In this document: in pieces, positions 40,955-51,264 of the stretch
Numbering within the stretch: position 1 is the stretch's first letter
Layout: the number at the start of each line of letters is the position of its first letter
From: Candidatus Latescibacterota bacterium
GTDB taxonomy: Bacteria > Latescibacterota > UBA2968 > GCA-2709665
Length of the DNA stretch: 64,000 nt
Direction of reading: 5' to 3'
Assembly (NCBI GenBank): GCA_963667175.2
Contig: CAXXXF010000018.1
Coordinates: forward strand, 273,478 to 337,477
The notes under the pieces: model-generated
Told to the model about the DNA's origin: nothing
Database searches by the model: none
Seen by the model: the letters and a program-made list of their open reading frames with translations, nothing else
Program-made: the position numbers and the translations under genes

Positions 40955-41374
40955 CTATTCCGCCAGCACGTCCTCTCCGAAGAAGAACGCGATTTCGTCG
41001 TCGGCGGTTTCGGCTGAATCCGACGCGTGCACGGCGTTTCGCTGTACGTTTGTCCCGAAGTCTCTGCGAATGGTGCCCTCGGCGGCCGCGGCCGAATCGG
41101 TGACGCCCACAATCTCCCGAAGGAGCAAAACAGCGTTTTTCCGCTCCAGCGCGACCGGCGCCACCGGGCCGGAAGTCATGAAATCGATCAGGCCGTCAAA
41201 AAAGGGCTGTCCCTCGTGAACGGCGTAGAACCGGGTCGCGTCCTCGTGCGTGAACCGCGTCATCTTCAGGTTCCGTATCCTGAACCCTCTGTCTTCCACG
41301 CGTTTGAGTATGGCGCCGATGGCGTTCCTGGAAACCGCGTCGGGTTTGATAATCAACAATGTGCGTTCCGGCAT
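40955..41374 (-). CDS. ndk: Nucleoside diphosphate kinase
   Basis: ERTLLIIKPDAV, FMTSGP, GTIR, NAVHASDS. Confidence 0.97.
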   Translation of the reverse strand: MPERTLLIIKPDAVSRNAIGAILKRVEDRGFRIRNLKMTRFTHEDATRFYAVHEGQPFFDGLIDFMTSGPVAPVALERKNAVLLLREIVGVTDSAAAAEGTIRRDFGTNVQRNAVHASDSAETADDEIAFFFGEDVLAE

Positions 41375-41482
41375 CGGCGCTCGTGCTTTCCATCCGTGCT
41401 CGAGTGGTTAAGTTCGCGTATCACGCTGAAGATGAAGAAGATAGATTTTCTCGCAAGCTTTGTCAATATCAAACTTCGAATT

Positions 41483-41540
41483 ATAGCTGTTAGCTGTCAG
41501 CTGTCAGCCATCAGCCAAGAGCGAAAGATCAAGAACCAGA
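41483..41540 (+). repeat. TCAGC heptad repeat block
   Basis: AGCTGTTAGCTGTCAGCTGTCAGCCATCAGCC. Confidence 0.7.
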
Positions 41541-41644
41541 ATCCGAAGTTCCCTGAATTCTCCGCCACCTGCGAGTATTGGGTCAGGCTTCAGCGAAAGC
41601 GCGGCGACGTCAGTTTACCGAAGTCCGCGCGGAAGACATCATTG

Positions 41645-41669
41645 GTAGGGGCGACCCTTGTGGTCGCCC
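41645..41669 (+). repeat. GTAG-type REP hairpin, copy 1
   Basis: GTAGGGGCGACCCTTGTGGTCGCCC, identical at 42244-42268. Confidence 0.85.
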
Positions 41670-41688
41670 GTTTTTTGTTCCGCCGACG

Positions 41689-42033
41689 TCACGATTTGCT
41701 CAGCAGTGATCTCAGATGAAATCCCGCCACCGCGGCGAGTGCGGCGACAAGGCCGCCGATCAACGCCGTGAGCGCTACCAGCGCCGACGGGTGCGAGAAA
41801 CCGGCGATACCCGCGATCTTCACCGTGAGAATGCCGCCGGATTGAAGATGGATATAGCCGGCCGCGGCAAGCCAGAGGATGCCGGCGCCGCTGAAACCGG
41901 CGCCCAGCGCTTTCCAAGCCGACGGCGCTTTCCAGAAACCCGCCGCGAATCCTGGGAGGCCGATTCCCCACCATGGCAGCGCAAAGCCGGCGATAAGGCC
42001 AAATACGAGGACGTATAGCGCGGTTGAAATCAT
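41689..42033 (-). CDS. Small membrane protein
   Basis: 114 aa, 3-4 hydrophobic helices, LPWW. Confidence 0.7.
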   Translation of the reverse strand: MISTALYVLVFGLIAGFALPWWGIGLPGFAAGFWKAPSAWKALGAGFSGAGILWLAAAGYIHLQSGGILTVKIAGIAGFSHPSALVALTALIGGLVAALAAVAGFHLRSLLSKS

Positions 42034-42037
42034 AAAG

Positions 42038-42187
42038 AAGCTATCAGCCGTCGGCTATCAGCAATCAGCTTGAAGCAAGAGCGAAAACCATAAACAAAAT
42101 CCGTCGATATCCGCGTCGTCATGTCGCAAATCCAGACGGAACGCAGACCTCTTCCCCCAGCCCCCTCTCCCGGGGGGAGAGGGGGAG
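42038..42187 (+). repeat. Composite intergenic element: TCAGC block + CTTGAAGCAA + CCCCCTCTCCC hairpin
   Basis: Same module order as at 44740-44861 and 9229-9336. Confidence 0.75.
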
Positions 42188-42243
42188 GAAAAGCACGGGT
42201 TGGTCCACATTAATCATCCAATCCCAACGCTGGTACCTCAATT

Positions 42244-42268
42244 GTAGGGGCGACCCTTGTGGTCGCCC
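42244..42268 (+). repeat. GTAG-type REP hairpin, copy 2
   Basis: Identical to 41645-41669. Confidence 0.85.
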
Positions 42269-42303
42269 GCCTGTCAGCGCGGAAACTTCTCACCTCGTGC
42301 TTC

Positions 42304-44721
42304 TCATGGCATACCGGTTAGAATCAACCGCTTCTCGATACGTCCCTTGCCATCTTCAGGCGTTCGCATGAACAGCAGTTCGTCCAGTTCTCCCCGCACC
42401 CATGTATCCACAAATGAGTCGTAGTGCCGGCTGCCCGGGTTGCCGGATTGCCCGCCCGGGTAGATCCCCCACGCCCGCACCTCGGGGCCCAGCTCGACAA
42501 CCATGCGCCAGCAGGGGCCGTGGCCCCTGTTTGTCGCGTTGACAATGCCGCGACCCCCGCCCACAAACAGATCCAGGCGCGAGAATTCGGGTATCTTCAG
42601 AAGATGCCTGATATCCGCGCCCCTGAATCGTCCCCATTCCCATGAGTCGCCCATCGGTCCCAGTCTGACCGTCAATTCCGTGCAGGCTGACTCAAACGTG
42701 CTTCGGGCGAGGCCCGCAAGCGTCTCGACCGGCGCCGTCCGCGTGTTGTCAAACCACCTTGCGTTGGGTTCATCGATAATAAGCTTGACCGTTCGATCCC
42801 GCGAAGGGTATTGAATATTCGACGCGGCGAATTCATCTCTCCATATTGTCCAATGGAGGTCCTTCCACCACACGTGAAAAATCGAAGGGGCAATCTCGTC
42901 GGCGTCCGCGAAATAATCCCAGTTCTCGAGTTCCTGGTAGATGGCCGCTTCGTCGGAATTGAGAGATCCTGGTTCGATGAACGTCAACAGGACGGGCAGG
43001 ACCGACCGGGCGTACAGATTCTGCGTATCGAGTTGAAGGGCGCGGAAGTCATCGGGCATGACGTCTGTCATCTCGGCCAGGCGTTCGTTGATTCGGCGCG
43101 CGCGCGTCGGTGAGGAATAGCCGCCGGACAGCCAATACGGATACGTCGGGTCCACGGGACGCTGATTGGCGGAACTGACGAAGCCGCGCTCCGGATTCTT
43201 GACATGGGGCTTGTGGGCGTGCGGAATCCAGTCCTGCCAGTCGTGCAGAGGATCCGAACCGTCGGAAATGATCGCGCCCTGACCGGCCCACCTTACGGGC
43301 AATTTGCCATTGTGCCAGATCGCGATGTTTCCCTCAACGTCGGCATAGACAAAGTTCTGGGCGGGCGCATTGTGGTGGGTGAGCGCATCGACGAAGTCGT
43401 CATAGTTGCGGGCGGCATTGAGGCGGAGGCAGGCCAGCCACGCGTTGCCGCCGTCGTGAGCAACCCATCGGAACGCATGGCGTTCGGGAACCCCTTGTGA
43501 CGCCAGGGTGGAGGAATCTGAATCCCACACTACCGGTCCGTGGTGAGTGTAGCGTACGGTATCCATAAAGGTCTCGCCGCCCCTCACTCCGATCTCTTCA
43601 ATCAACGTCTCCACCGGACGCCATACGCCGCCGTGACGGTATTCCTGCAGTGTGTCGTCCCTGAAAGTTATCTCATACCAATCCGAGACATCGGTTCCGG
43701 CATTCGTGAGTCCCCATGCGATGTTGTGGTTGAATCCGATGACGACCCCCGGTCCTCCCGGAAGCGATACGCCGTAGACGTTGTGCGCTGGGCTGACGAG
43801 TTGAATCTCGTACCAAAGCGACGGGAGCGACAGGCCCAGGTGCGGGTCATTCGCCAGTATGGGATACCCACCGGTCGTCCTGTTCCCCGAGACCGCCCAG
43901 TTGTTGCTTCCGACACCCGCGTCGGTATCGGCGCCGACCGATCCTGACTTGAACGGATTGTCCGGCCGGATGACTTCGCGTGGTTCGAAATTCCAGGGCG
44001 TTCCCCTTGGGATCACCGTATCGTCGCCCACCGCGTCCGACGCGAACAGGTCCCTCACAACGGCCTCGCCGAATCGGTCGAGCGTGTTGGTCATCCTGAG
44101 GTCGGTTTTCCGGCCGCTCAGTATCCAGGCCATGGACTTGATCAGGATCGCACACTTCAACGGCGTCCAGGTTTCCGGCTCATAGCCCAGAAGTTTGTAC
44201 TCGATCGGGTAATCTCGAGGCCGCAGGCTATTGATGTACGCGTTGACGCCCTCCGTGAACGCCGTCACGGAACTCCGGGTTTGAGGTTCGGCCATGATTT
44301 CCCCGAGCGTATTTCGGGCGCCGTATACGAGTCCCACGCGCCTCTGATGCCGGTCGCGGTCCAGGGCGCCGGAACCCAGGATCTCCGCAAGGCGCCCTGC
44401 CGCGGCAGCAGTCTGAAACTCCATCTGCCAGAGGCGGTCTTTCGCAGTCACGTATCCCTGGGCGAAAAACAGGTCCCGGTCGTTCTGGGCAAAGATATGC
44501 GGCACGCGGCGGTGGTCGTACATGACCGATACGGGATCCAGCAGGCCATTGAGCCGCAGTTTTCGTTCGGCGGGAGGATCCCCTGTTTCGGCATTCTGCC
44601 AGAAGCCGTGGAAGGGACTCAGGAATCTCCCGGCGGCTGGAAATCCGCCCATGCGGGTATCGAGAACGATAACGACGATAAGGGTCGCAGCAGCGGAGAT
44701 GATGAATTTGATTGAGGACAT
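42304..44721 (-). CDS. Penicillin acylase family Ntn-hydrolase
   Basis: VPHIFA, AQGYVTAKDRLWQM, GSNNW (catalytic Ser), ANDPHL, SANQ, PGGQSGNP; N-terminal anchor. Confidence 0.94.
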   Translation of the reverse strand: MSSIKFIISAAATLIVVIVLDTRMGGFPAAGRFLSPFHGFWQNAETGDPPAERKLRLNGLLDPVSVMYDHRRVPHIFAQNDRDLFFAQGYVTAKDRLWQMEFQTAAAAGRLAEILGSGALDRDRHQRRVGLVYGARNTLGEIMAEPQTRSSVTAFTEGVNAYINSLRPRDYPIEYKLLGYEPETWTPLKCAILIKSMAWILSGRKTDLRMTNTLDRFGEAVVRDLFASDAVGDDTVIPRGTPWNFEPREVIRPDNPFKSGSVGADTDAGVGSNNWAVSGNRTTGGYPILANDPHLGLSLPSLWYEIQLVSPAHNVYGVSLPGGPGVVIGFNHNIAWGLTNAGTDVSDWYEITFRDDTLQEYRHGGVWRPVETLIEEIGVRGGETFMDTVRYTHHGPVVWDSDSSTLASQGVPERHAFRWVAHDGGNAWLACLRLNAARNYDDFVDALTHHNAPAQNFVYADVEGNIAIWHNGKLPVRWAGQGAIISDGSDPLHDWQDWIPHAHKPHVKNPERGFVSSANQRPVDPTYPYWLSGGYSSPTRARRINERLAEMTDVMPDDFRALQLDTQNLYARSVLPVLLTFIEPGSLNSDEAAIYQELENWDYFADADEIAPSIFHVWWKDLHWTIWRDEFAASNIQYPSRDRTVKLIIDEPNARWFDNTRTAPVETLAGLARSTFESACTELTVRLGPMGDSWEWGRFRGADIRHLLKIPEFSRLDLFVGGGRGIVNATNRGHGPCWRMVVELGPEVRAWGIYPGGQSGNPGSRHYDSFVDTWVRGELDELLFMRTPEDGKGRIEKRLILTGMP

Positions 44722-44723
44722 AG

Positions 44724-45138
44724 AGCGGTCAGGAAAAGGCAGCGGTCAGCAATCAGCGGTCAGCTTGAAGCAAGATCGAAAAACAGAAACCAACCCGGCG
44801 ACATCAGCGTCGTCACGTGTCAGGAACGAACAGAACGAAGACCTCTCCCCCCGGCCCCTCAGAAGCGGTGAGACGTGAGAGGGTAGAACGTAGACGATCC
44901 CCCGCGCTCCGGCGGACATTGGTTCGGCCTGCCGAAATCTACCGGCGATATGCGCGGGACCTCTCCCCCCGGCCCCCTCTCCCGGGCGGAGAGGGGGAAG
45001 AACGGTAGCCATCAGCGGTCGGCTTGAAGCGAAATACCAATCGGTCGACATCATCGGCGTGACGGGTTAAGCAAGAGGTCTGGCGACATCAATTGACAGC
45101 GAATCCGTCGATATGAAGGGGCGGTTCGCGAACCGCCC
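44724..45138 (+). repeat. Cluster of intergenic repeats (two TCAGC blocks, two GACCTCTCCCC units, one GGGCGGTTCGCGAACCGCCC palindrome)
   Basis: Read directly at 44740-44785, 44840-44861, 44958-44998, 45008-45035 and 45118-45138. Confidence 0.75.
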
Positions 45139-45145
45139 GATGTGC

Positions 45146-45604
45146 TTACCCATTCGCCCGGCTGTCCTTGCCCTCAATCCCCTTCGCCTCCGCGAACCCC
45201 GTTACCACATCTATAATCTGGGGTTTGATCAGTTGGTTGTCATTGTAACTCATCGCAGTGAAGTCGATCTTTTCGGACTTGCCGCTATCGAGCCGGAACT
45301 CGAGCTTCATCAGTTGGATGTGAATCTCGGAGATTGACGACCAGGGAATCCTTCGGCGTATGAACAGCCCTTTGTCAATCTCCAGATTCTCCTTCTTAAA
45401 TGTGATGATGTAACTGTTTATCCGTTGTGCGAGACTGACGAAAATCAGAATCATCAGCCCGCCCGCCGACTGTATGGCGCCCAATACCGTGTTGGACTCG
45501 AGATTCAAAAGGCCCAAGATGAAAAATATCACACCCATAGCGGTCTGGGTCACGCGAAATCCCCGGGTTACAGGTATCGTAAGATCAAAAGTCCTCTCTT
45601 CCAT
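45146..45604 (-). CDS. Membrane protein, 2 TM + PH-like domain (paralog A)
   Basis: MEERTFDL...IPWSSISEIHIQLMK...SYNDNQLIKPQII; similar to 49328-49780. Confidence 0.75.
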   Translation of the reverse strand: MEERTFDLTIPVTRGFRVTQTAMGVIFFILGLLNLESNTVLGAIQSAGGLMILIFVSLAQRINSYIITFKKENLEIDKGLFIRRRIPWSSISEIHIQLMKLEFRLDSGKSEKIDFTAMSYNDNQLIKPQIIDVVTGFAEAKGIEGKDSRANG

Positions 45605-46141
45605 CGCGCCATCCTCCCCATTCATGGACCGGTGAGTAATCGCGGCTCGCTTGCCGGAAAGGTACTGTGCCGAAGCCGTGACACTTAAAGACGTCGTCTG
45701 GATCAAGCCAATGCGCCTGGGATGCGGGCGACAGGTTATCACGGGGAGCACCGTATAGTTTACATCCTCCCAATCTCCTTTGGTGGGCCTGGATGTCGAC
45801 TATTTGCTTCTCCTGCGAATAAGTGGAAGCTGACAACTGCTCTTCCTGATCACTGGCCACTGCCCACTATTTACTGCTCTTGGTGATAATATACGACTAC
45901 GACGGCAAAAGTGAGAACCAAAGATGAACCGGCCGCGGTTTCAGATTGCGCGTGTTGCACGAGTTGTCTTTCTCTATCCGCGTCAGGTACCTATATTGTA
46001 GAACGGGAGGCGGTTCCCCGTCAAGCGACCGCGATCTATTATACGAGTCGTCCACGAAATATCGAATCTACATCCTGAATGAACTCACCTCGACCGCCTT
46101 CGGGGGAATCAATTGGCGGTTTTGCGGAGGATGGCGAGGCG

Positions 46142-46909
46142 ATGCGGATCCTGATCGTCGATGGCTGGACCTGTGAAGGGAACCGGACGCACGCGCTTGC
46201 GGGATGCGAGGAGCAGACGCGCGTCTTCGAGTCGCTCGTTCGAGAGTTTCAGCCTGAAGCGGACATCCGGATTGTCCATACGTACAGCGACGGCGGACGG
46301 GAAGATCCGGATCTCAGTCAGTACGATGCCGCGGTCTGGACCGGCGGGGGCGGGAACATCTACGAAAACAACGCATTCAATCGGCGTCAACTCAGGCTGG
46401 GCGAACGCGTCCTGGAGGAAGTACCGCGCGTCTGGGGCAGTTGCTGGGGATTTCAGGTCATCACGGCCGTCTGCAGCGGGGAGGTGGCGCCTGCCCGCGC
46501 GCCGGAGATTGGCATCGCGACCGGCATCACGGTCCGACCGACTGATTTCGCGGAGACCCTTTATCTCGGCAAGCCGCACAGGTTTGACGCGCCCGCCCAT
46601 CATTTCGACGAAATTGCGCGCCTGCCCGCCGGGTTCGACATAGTCGCAGAAAACGCGACAACGCTTCAGGCCGTCGTATCAAGGGACCGGCGCATCACCT
46701 GCACGCAATATCATCCCGAATTGCCCTATGACTACATCGGGAAGTTGATGACGCACTTGGCGTCGAATTACACGTCGATGTTTACGGAAGAGGCGTTTCA
46801 GAAACTGCTTGCTAGGCTGAGGGAAAAGGAAAAGGAAGAACAAGATCTGAGGAAGGTTGAATTCAGGAACTGGCTGGAATTCGTAAGGAAGGATTTAGAG
46901 GATAGCTAA
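46142..46909 (+). CDS. Class I glutamine amidotransferase-like protein
   Basis: VWTGG, WGSCWGFQ (catalytic Cys), QYHPE. Confidence 0.88.
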   Translation: MRILIVDGWTCEGNRTHALAGCEEQTRVFESLVREFQPEADIRIVHTYSDGGREDPDLSQYDAAVWTGGGGNIYENNAFNRRQLRLGERVLEEVPRVWGSCWGFQVITAVCSGEVAPARAPEIGIATGITVRPTDFAETLYLGKPHRFDAPAHHFDEIARLPAGFDIVAENATTLQAVVSRDRRITCTQYHPELPYDYIGKLMTHLASNYTSMFTEEAFQKLLARLREKEKEEQDLRKVEFRNWLEFVRKDLEDS

Positions 46910-46910
46910 T

Positions 46911-47075
46911 TCATAAACAGGAACTTACATGGATGCACAGGATAAACAGCAAAAGCAGGACGAAGGCACGAGAAAACGAACATCAGAAACTACGAAAAAC
47001 ACGAAAAAACGCGAAAATACACGAGAAAACGAGGAAAACCAAAAAGCACGTCAAAGGCGCGAGAAAACGAGTAAC
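46911..47075 (+). repeat. Purine-rich repeat element containing an empty target site for the ORF-less intron
   Basis: TCATAAACAGGAACTTA|CATGGATGCACAGGAT followed by CACGA(G/A)AAA repeats. Confidence 0.75.
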
Positions 47076-47241
47076 GGTAGTGAGTCGATTCACCATAGAC
47101 CGCACGTCGTCATAACGAACACCTTGAAACCCCAACATAATGCGAGCCAAACCGATTCCGGACGCTTCATGGTTTTCGATGTATTCTCCGCTAATGTTAT
47201 TGAAAATCAACCGATTTTGCAACAAACCCACCGGTTATCAG

Positions 47242-49217
47242 GTAGAGTCGAGAGGTGGCGCGGTGGTGTAGGAGAGGCCTATCTGTTTCCGCCCCTTTCG
47301 TCTGGCGGTGCCTCAATAGCCGCTCCGCGCTCCGTTTCCACGTCCCGCTCATCGAACCGGACGTGCGGATTTACCGCATCCGGCTCTCGGACAAGGAGTC
47401 ATGCGTTCGCCCACGGAAGGTTGTGCGTCTGCACCTCCAGCCGGGTCAGGCCCAACGTATTGTAGAGGACCTCGTCAGGGAGACGGGACGTCCCCTTTCC
47501 CGGTATTCGGTACTTGTTGCACAACCACCAGCGGAGCCGTTGCCGGGTGTGGCTGTCCACACTCCGGTAGGCTTTGCTGACCGGACCAAGACGGAAGTAG
47601 TTGCCCCACCCTGTTAGCTTTCGGTTCAGGTGGGCAATCCGTTCTTGATGGTCTTTCAGCAGCCACCGCCGCGCCGTTGCCTCGCTGATGGCCCGGCAGA
47701 TGTGCCGGATGGCCTTCTTTGACGGGCGCGTGCCGATATAGGCCTTTCCCGTCTTTGGTGAGTAACAGCGTTCGATGGTGTAGCCCAGAAAGTCAAATCG
47801 TCCTTCAGGAAGCGTGCATATGCCCGTCTTCTGCTCGTTCACCGTCAACTTGAGCGCCTTCATAATGGATCGCATCGCGCGCATCGCTTCTTTTGCGGTG
47901 CCGCGACAGCAGATCACAAAATCGTCCGCGTAGTTGACAATATGAGCCTTCAGGCGTTGCTGATGTCCCCGAACCTGCCATCCCAGAATGAACCGCCGCA
48001 TATACAGGTTCGCCAGCAGGGGCGAGATCGGGGCGCCTTGCGGTGTCCCCCTTCCCTGATCCTTGTTCGGCGTCGTTCGACGTTTGCGGCCCCGCTTGTC
48101 GGTCTCCTCAATCGGCGCGGTCAGCCACAGCTTGACCAGGCGCAGCATACGCCCGTCACTGATGCGACGCGCCACACATTTCATCAGCTCGGCATGCGGG
48201 ATCGTGTCAAAGTAACCGCTCAAGTCCGCGTCGATCACCTGCGTATGGCCACGGCTCACCAGACTGTGAACCGCCCTGATGGCGTCGTGCGCACTCCGTT
48301 TCGGACGGTACGCATACTGCGCCGCTGGCAGGTCCGCCTCAAAGATCGGCTCCAATACCAGCATCGCCGCGGTTTGCACCACCCGATCTTTCACCGTCGG
48401 GATGCCCAGCGGCCTTTGCTTCCCGTTCGGCTTGGGGATATACACCCGACGGATCGGAGACACCCGATACGATTTGCTCCTTACGGCTTCCGACAGTTCG
48501 CCTAACCACCGCTTTTGCCCATATGACTCGATATCCGCAAACGTCTCGCCGTCCACGCCCGCCGCGCCGCCGTTGGCCTTGCAGCAGCGGTACGCATAAA
48601 GCAGGATGTCCTCGCGATACACCTTGTCATACAGCGCGTAGAATCGGTAGCCGGGCGATTCCTTCGCTTTGGCATGCAACGTCCTCTGCAACTTCCGAAC
48701 CTTTTCCGGAGGTCTTAGGCTCATACCAATCTCCAGGCTCTCGCTCCTTTGACGTTGCCCTTGAACCAAGGCCCCTTTCCTCCGCCGGCATTACCCGGCT
48801 TCTCAGGTACTACGGGCCTCTCCGCCACCCCACGCGGCCCGGCCTGACCCTCACGGGCTGCCGGTTGGTGTCTCCACCACCGCCTGGGGCTTCCCGTGTT
48901 GCGTCGGAACTCCTTGTATACGTGCCTCCGCCACTACCCCGGCGGGACCGTTGGGTGCTCGCGTTGCCTGCTTCCCCAACGACGGCGGCCTTCCCCGAAA
49001 TTCAGGCGGGTCGGCTCCCGCATTACCCTTTTCGAGGCCTGCGCAGCGTTCACTCACGTTTCGGCCCGCATACTCGCCAAGTCGCCTTGCGACCCTCTAC
49101 ACCGGAGGCTTCGGAGATGTCGTTTCCTACGTCCCCGCTCCGATTGCTACCGACTGTGGCAACACTTGTCGGGTGGGACTCTCACCCACTGAAGTTCCGC
49201 GCCTTTTCACGGCGCAC
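47242..49217 (-). mobile_element. Complete group II intron (about 1976 nt) encoding RT/maturase
   Basis: 5' GTGCG at 49217, domain V right after the ORF stop, 3' CTCTAC at 47242. Confidence 0.95.
47399..48724 (-). CDS. ltrA: Group II intron reverse transcriptase/maturase, no endonuclease domain
   Basis: GAAGVDG, RPLGIPTVKDRVVQ, DADLSGYFD, GTPQGAPISPLLAN, YADD, FDFLG, GWGNYF; ATG 48724. Confidence 0.95.
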   Translation of the reverse strand: MSLRPPEKVRKLQRTLHAKAKESPGYRFYALYDKVYREDILLYAYRCCKANGGAAGVDGETFADIESYGQKRWLGELSEAVRSKSYRVSPIRRVYIPKPNGKQRPLGIPTVKDRVVQTAAMLVLEPIFEADLPAAQYAYRPKRSAHDAIRAVHSLVSRGHTQVIDADLSGYFDTIPHAELMKCVARRISDGRMLRLVKLWLTAPIEETDKRGRKRRTTPNKDQGRGTPQGAPISPLLANLYMRRFILGWQVRGHQQRLKAHIVNYADDFVICCRGTAKEAMRAMRSIMKALKLTVNEQKTGICTLPEGRFDFLGYTIERCYSPKTGKAYIGTRPSKKAIRHICRAISEATARRWLLKDHQERIAHLNRKLTGWGNYFRLGPVSKAYRSVDSHTRQRLRWWLCNKYRIPGKGTSRLPDEVLYNTLGLTRLEVQTHNLPWANA

Positions 49218-49327
49218 TGAATATTTCAGGCTAAACGCTAAATTCGCGCTGATCACATTTGCGCGGACACATCGCCGGCATAGCGCGATGCAGGCAAGAC
49301 GCCGCATGGATATGCGACGGGGTGCCA

Positions 49328-49780
49328 TTACCCCAAATTGTCTTTGACGGGAATCCCCTGCGCCGCCGCGTACTCATTCAGCGCCGCGATGATCTGCGGT
49401 TTGACGATCTGGTTGTCCGTATAGCTCAAATTGAAGTTCCACGTCACGCTCTTTCCCTCTTTGAGCACTATCTCTACTTTCATTAACTGAATTTGAAGCT
49501 CTGAAATCGATTCCCAGGGGATCGTCCGTGTCCTTGACAGACTCCGATCAAGTCTCAGATTCGCATCTTCAAGACGGATCACATACCTGTTGGCACGGGG
49601 CATCAGTACAACGAAGAGCAGGAAAAACAGGCCGAAAGCGACCTGTACGCCCCCAAGAATGTCGTCGCCCCTCTCAAGGGCGAAGAAACCACTGGCGATC
49701 TGGATTAACCCAAAAACACTCCAACCTGCTGATAATAAACGGGAAACAGGTGCAGATAGGTCGAAATTTCGGGTATCCAT
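49328..49780 (-). CDS. Membrane protein, 2 TM + PH-like domain (paralog B)
   Basis: MDTRNFDL...IPWESISELQIQLMK...SYTDNQIVKPQII. Confidence 0.75.
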   Translation of the reverse strand: MDTRNFDLSAPVSRLLSAGWSVFGLIQIASGFFALERGDDILGGVQVAFGLFFLLFVVLMPRANRYVIRLEDANLRLDRSLSRTRTIPWESISELQIQLMKVEIVLKEGKSVTWNFNLSYTDNQIVKPQIIAALNEYAAAQGIPVKDNLG

Positions 49781-49948
49781 GAATTTGATCTCCGATTGGT
49801 TATGCCTGCCAACATCGGTACCGGATATCTCCTTCGCCGGGTTGTGAGTCTATCCGAAAGCTGGATCGTACACGAGATGGCACATACGATAGCCAAATCC
49901 CGCTAATGACATTCGAAGGCATGATTTGCGCGCCTATGGTTCGGTGAT

Positions 49949-51264
49949 TTAATTTACGCAGGCTGCACCCATTTGCTTGCCCGGCCACTCGAGGGTAACG
50001 ACTTCCTCCCTGAGTTGTTCACCGGTTACCGTGGAAGGCCTGGTCCGAAACAGGTCGATGCTGTCACTTTGTAGCCCAGCGATTTGGCGACACCCGCCAA
50101 CAGTTCGCCGGTTCGGATCATGACCCGTAGATAGGATGCCTGATCACCCACCACGTACGCGAGCTTTGCTCCGGGTCTGAGTGCCGGCCGCAATGACGCG
50201 AGATGCTTCGACATTCCCCCGAAGTACAGGAGGGTGACACGCGAATATTGACGCTCGAAACCGGATGTCTTTCCCATTGCAATACGTCGATTTTCAATTT
50301 CATCCGCAAGATTGCGGATTTCCGTATTATGCGCGATTTCGCTGTCGTCGGTATCGGCTTTGTACACGCCGCGGGTGTTGGATCTTACCAGGTTCTGTTT
50401 CAGCTTCCTCAATTCGCGCCTGTTCCTGATCAGGCCGAGGACGACGGATTCCAGGCGTGTCGTTCTCGTGTAATCCTTTTCGTTGGGATACGGCGGAGAA
50501 GTAATCACGAAGTCGACGGAGCCCGGTTCGAGGATATCTTCCACGCTGCGAGCGTCGGCGTTGATGATGCGGCTGGCAGTACTTGCCCGGCCAGCGTAGC
50601 GGTGAACGTCTCTGACAGCGGTCCGCATACACTCGAGCCAGGCGTCCACGACCGGTGCATCGAATTTAATCTTCCCGACCCCGACTTCCGGCCCGAACTT
50701 CAGATTGCCGATGCGGTGTACCAATGCATTGGCAAGGCAAAGGCGACCGTAACGCCGTAACTGATGATTGCCGTGCCGGTCGATAGCGTCCAAGAGCACG
50801 AGTGCCTTGTGGAGAGGGCGGGGGCTGATCGAATCCTTTAAGAGTATCTTCGATCGCTCAGCGGGCAACTCCTTAAGCGTGGCCGTCGGATTTCCATTTG
50901 CCGCGAATAGTGGAAGGTCCTTCCATTCGTCCAATCCCTGTTCTTCCAGCGTCTGTTTCGTGGACTGCGCGACCTTTTCCTCGTAGTCGAGTAGTTCTTC
51001 GTGACATACCTTCCAGTCGACTTTCACCGAACTTGCAAAATACGCTATCGGATTCGGCTCGATTCCGATGCTGCCAATTCCGAGTTTCTTGCACTCTACG
51101 GTCGTGGTTCCCGTACCGCAGAAGGGATCCAGCACGACGTGGGAACCTGGCACGTCGAACCGGTCAAGATATCTGCGGACCAGATGAGGAGGATACGACA
51201 GGACAAACCGGTACCAGTCAAGAACTTCCCTGTCTTCCGGCCGCAGCTTGTTCAATTCCGTCAT
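49949..51264 (-). CDS. Amino (N4-C/N6-A) DNA methyltransferase with a probable frameshift near the 3' end
   Basis: DPFCGTGTT, ITSPPY, YVVGDQ. The track ORF ends at 50026, but a shifted frame from about 50060 reads IDLFRTR...LREEVVTLEWPG to a stop at 49949. Confidence 0.85.

Noticed and set aside
46929-47465. 178-aa plus-strand ORF
   Set aside because: Translation of a low-complexity repeat plus the antisense intron 3' end.
4906-49217. RT plus a distant homologous repeat as a DGR or retron
   Set aside because: The shared sequence is the group II ribozyme itself, and the RT has standard intron motifs and sits inside the intron.
45146-51264. Possible integron cassette array
   Set aside because: No integrase and no convincing attC pairs were seen, and the genes are in mixed orientation.
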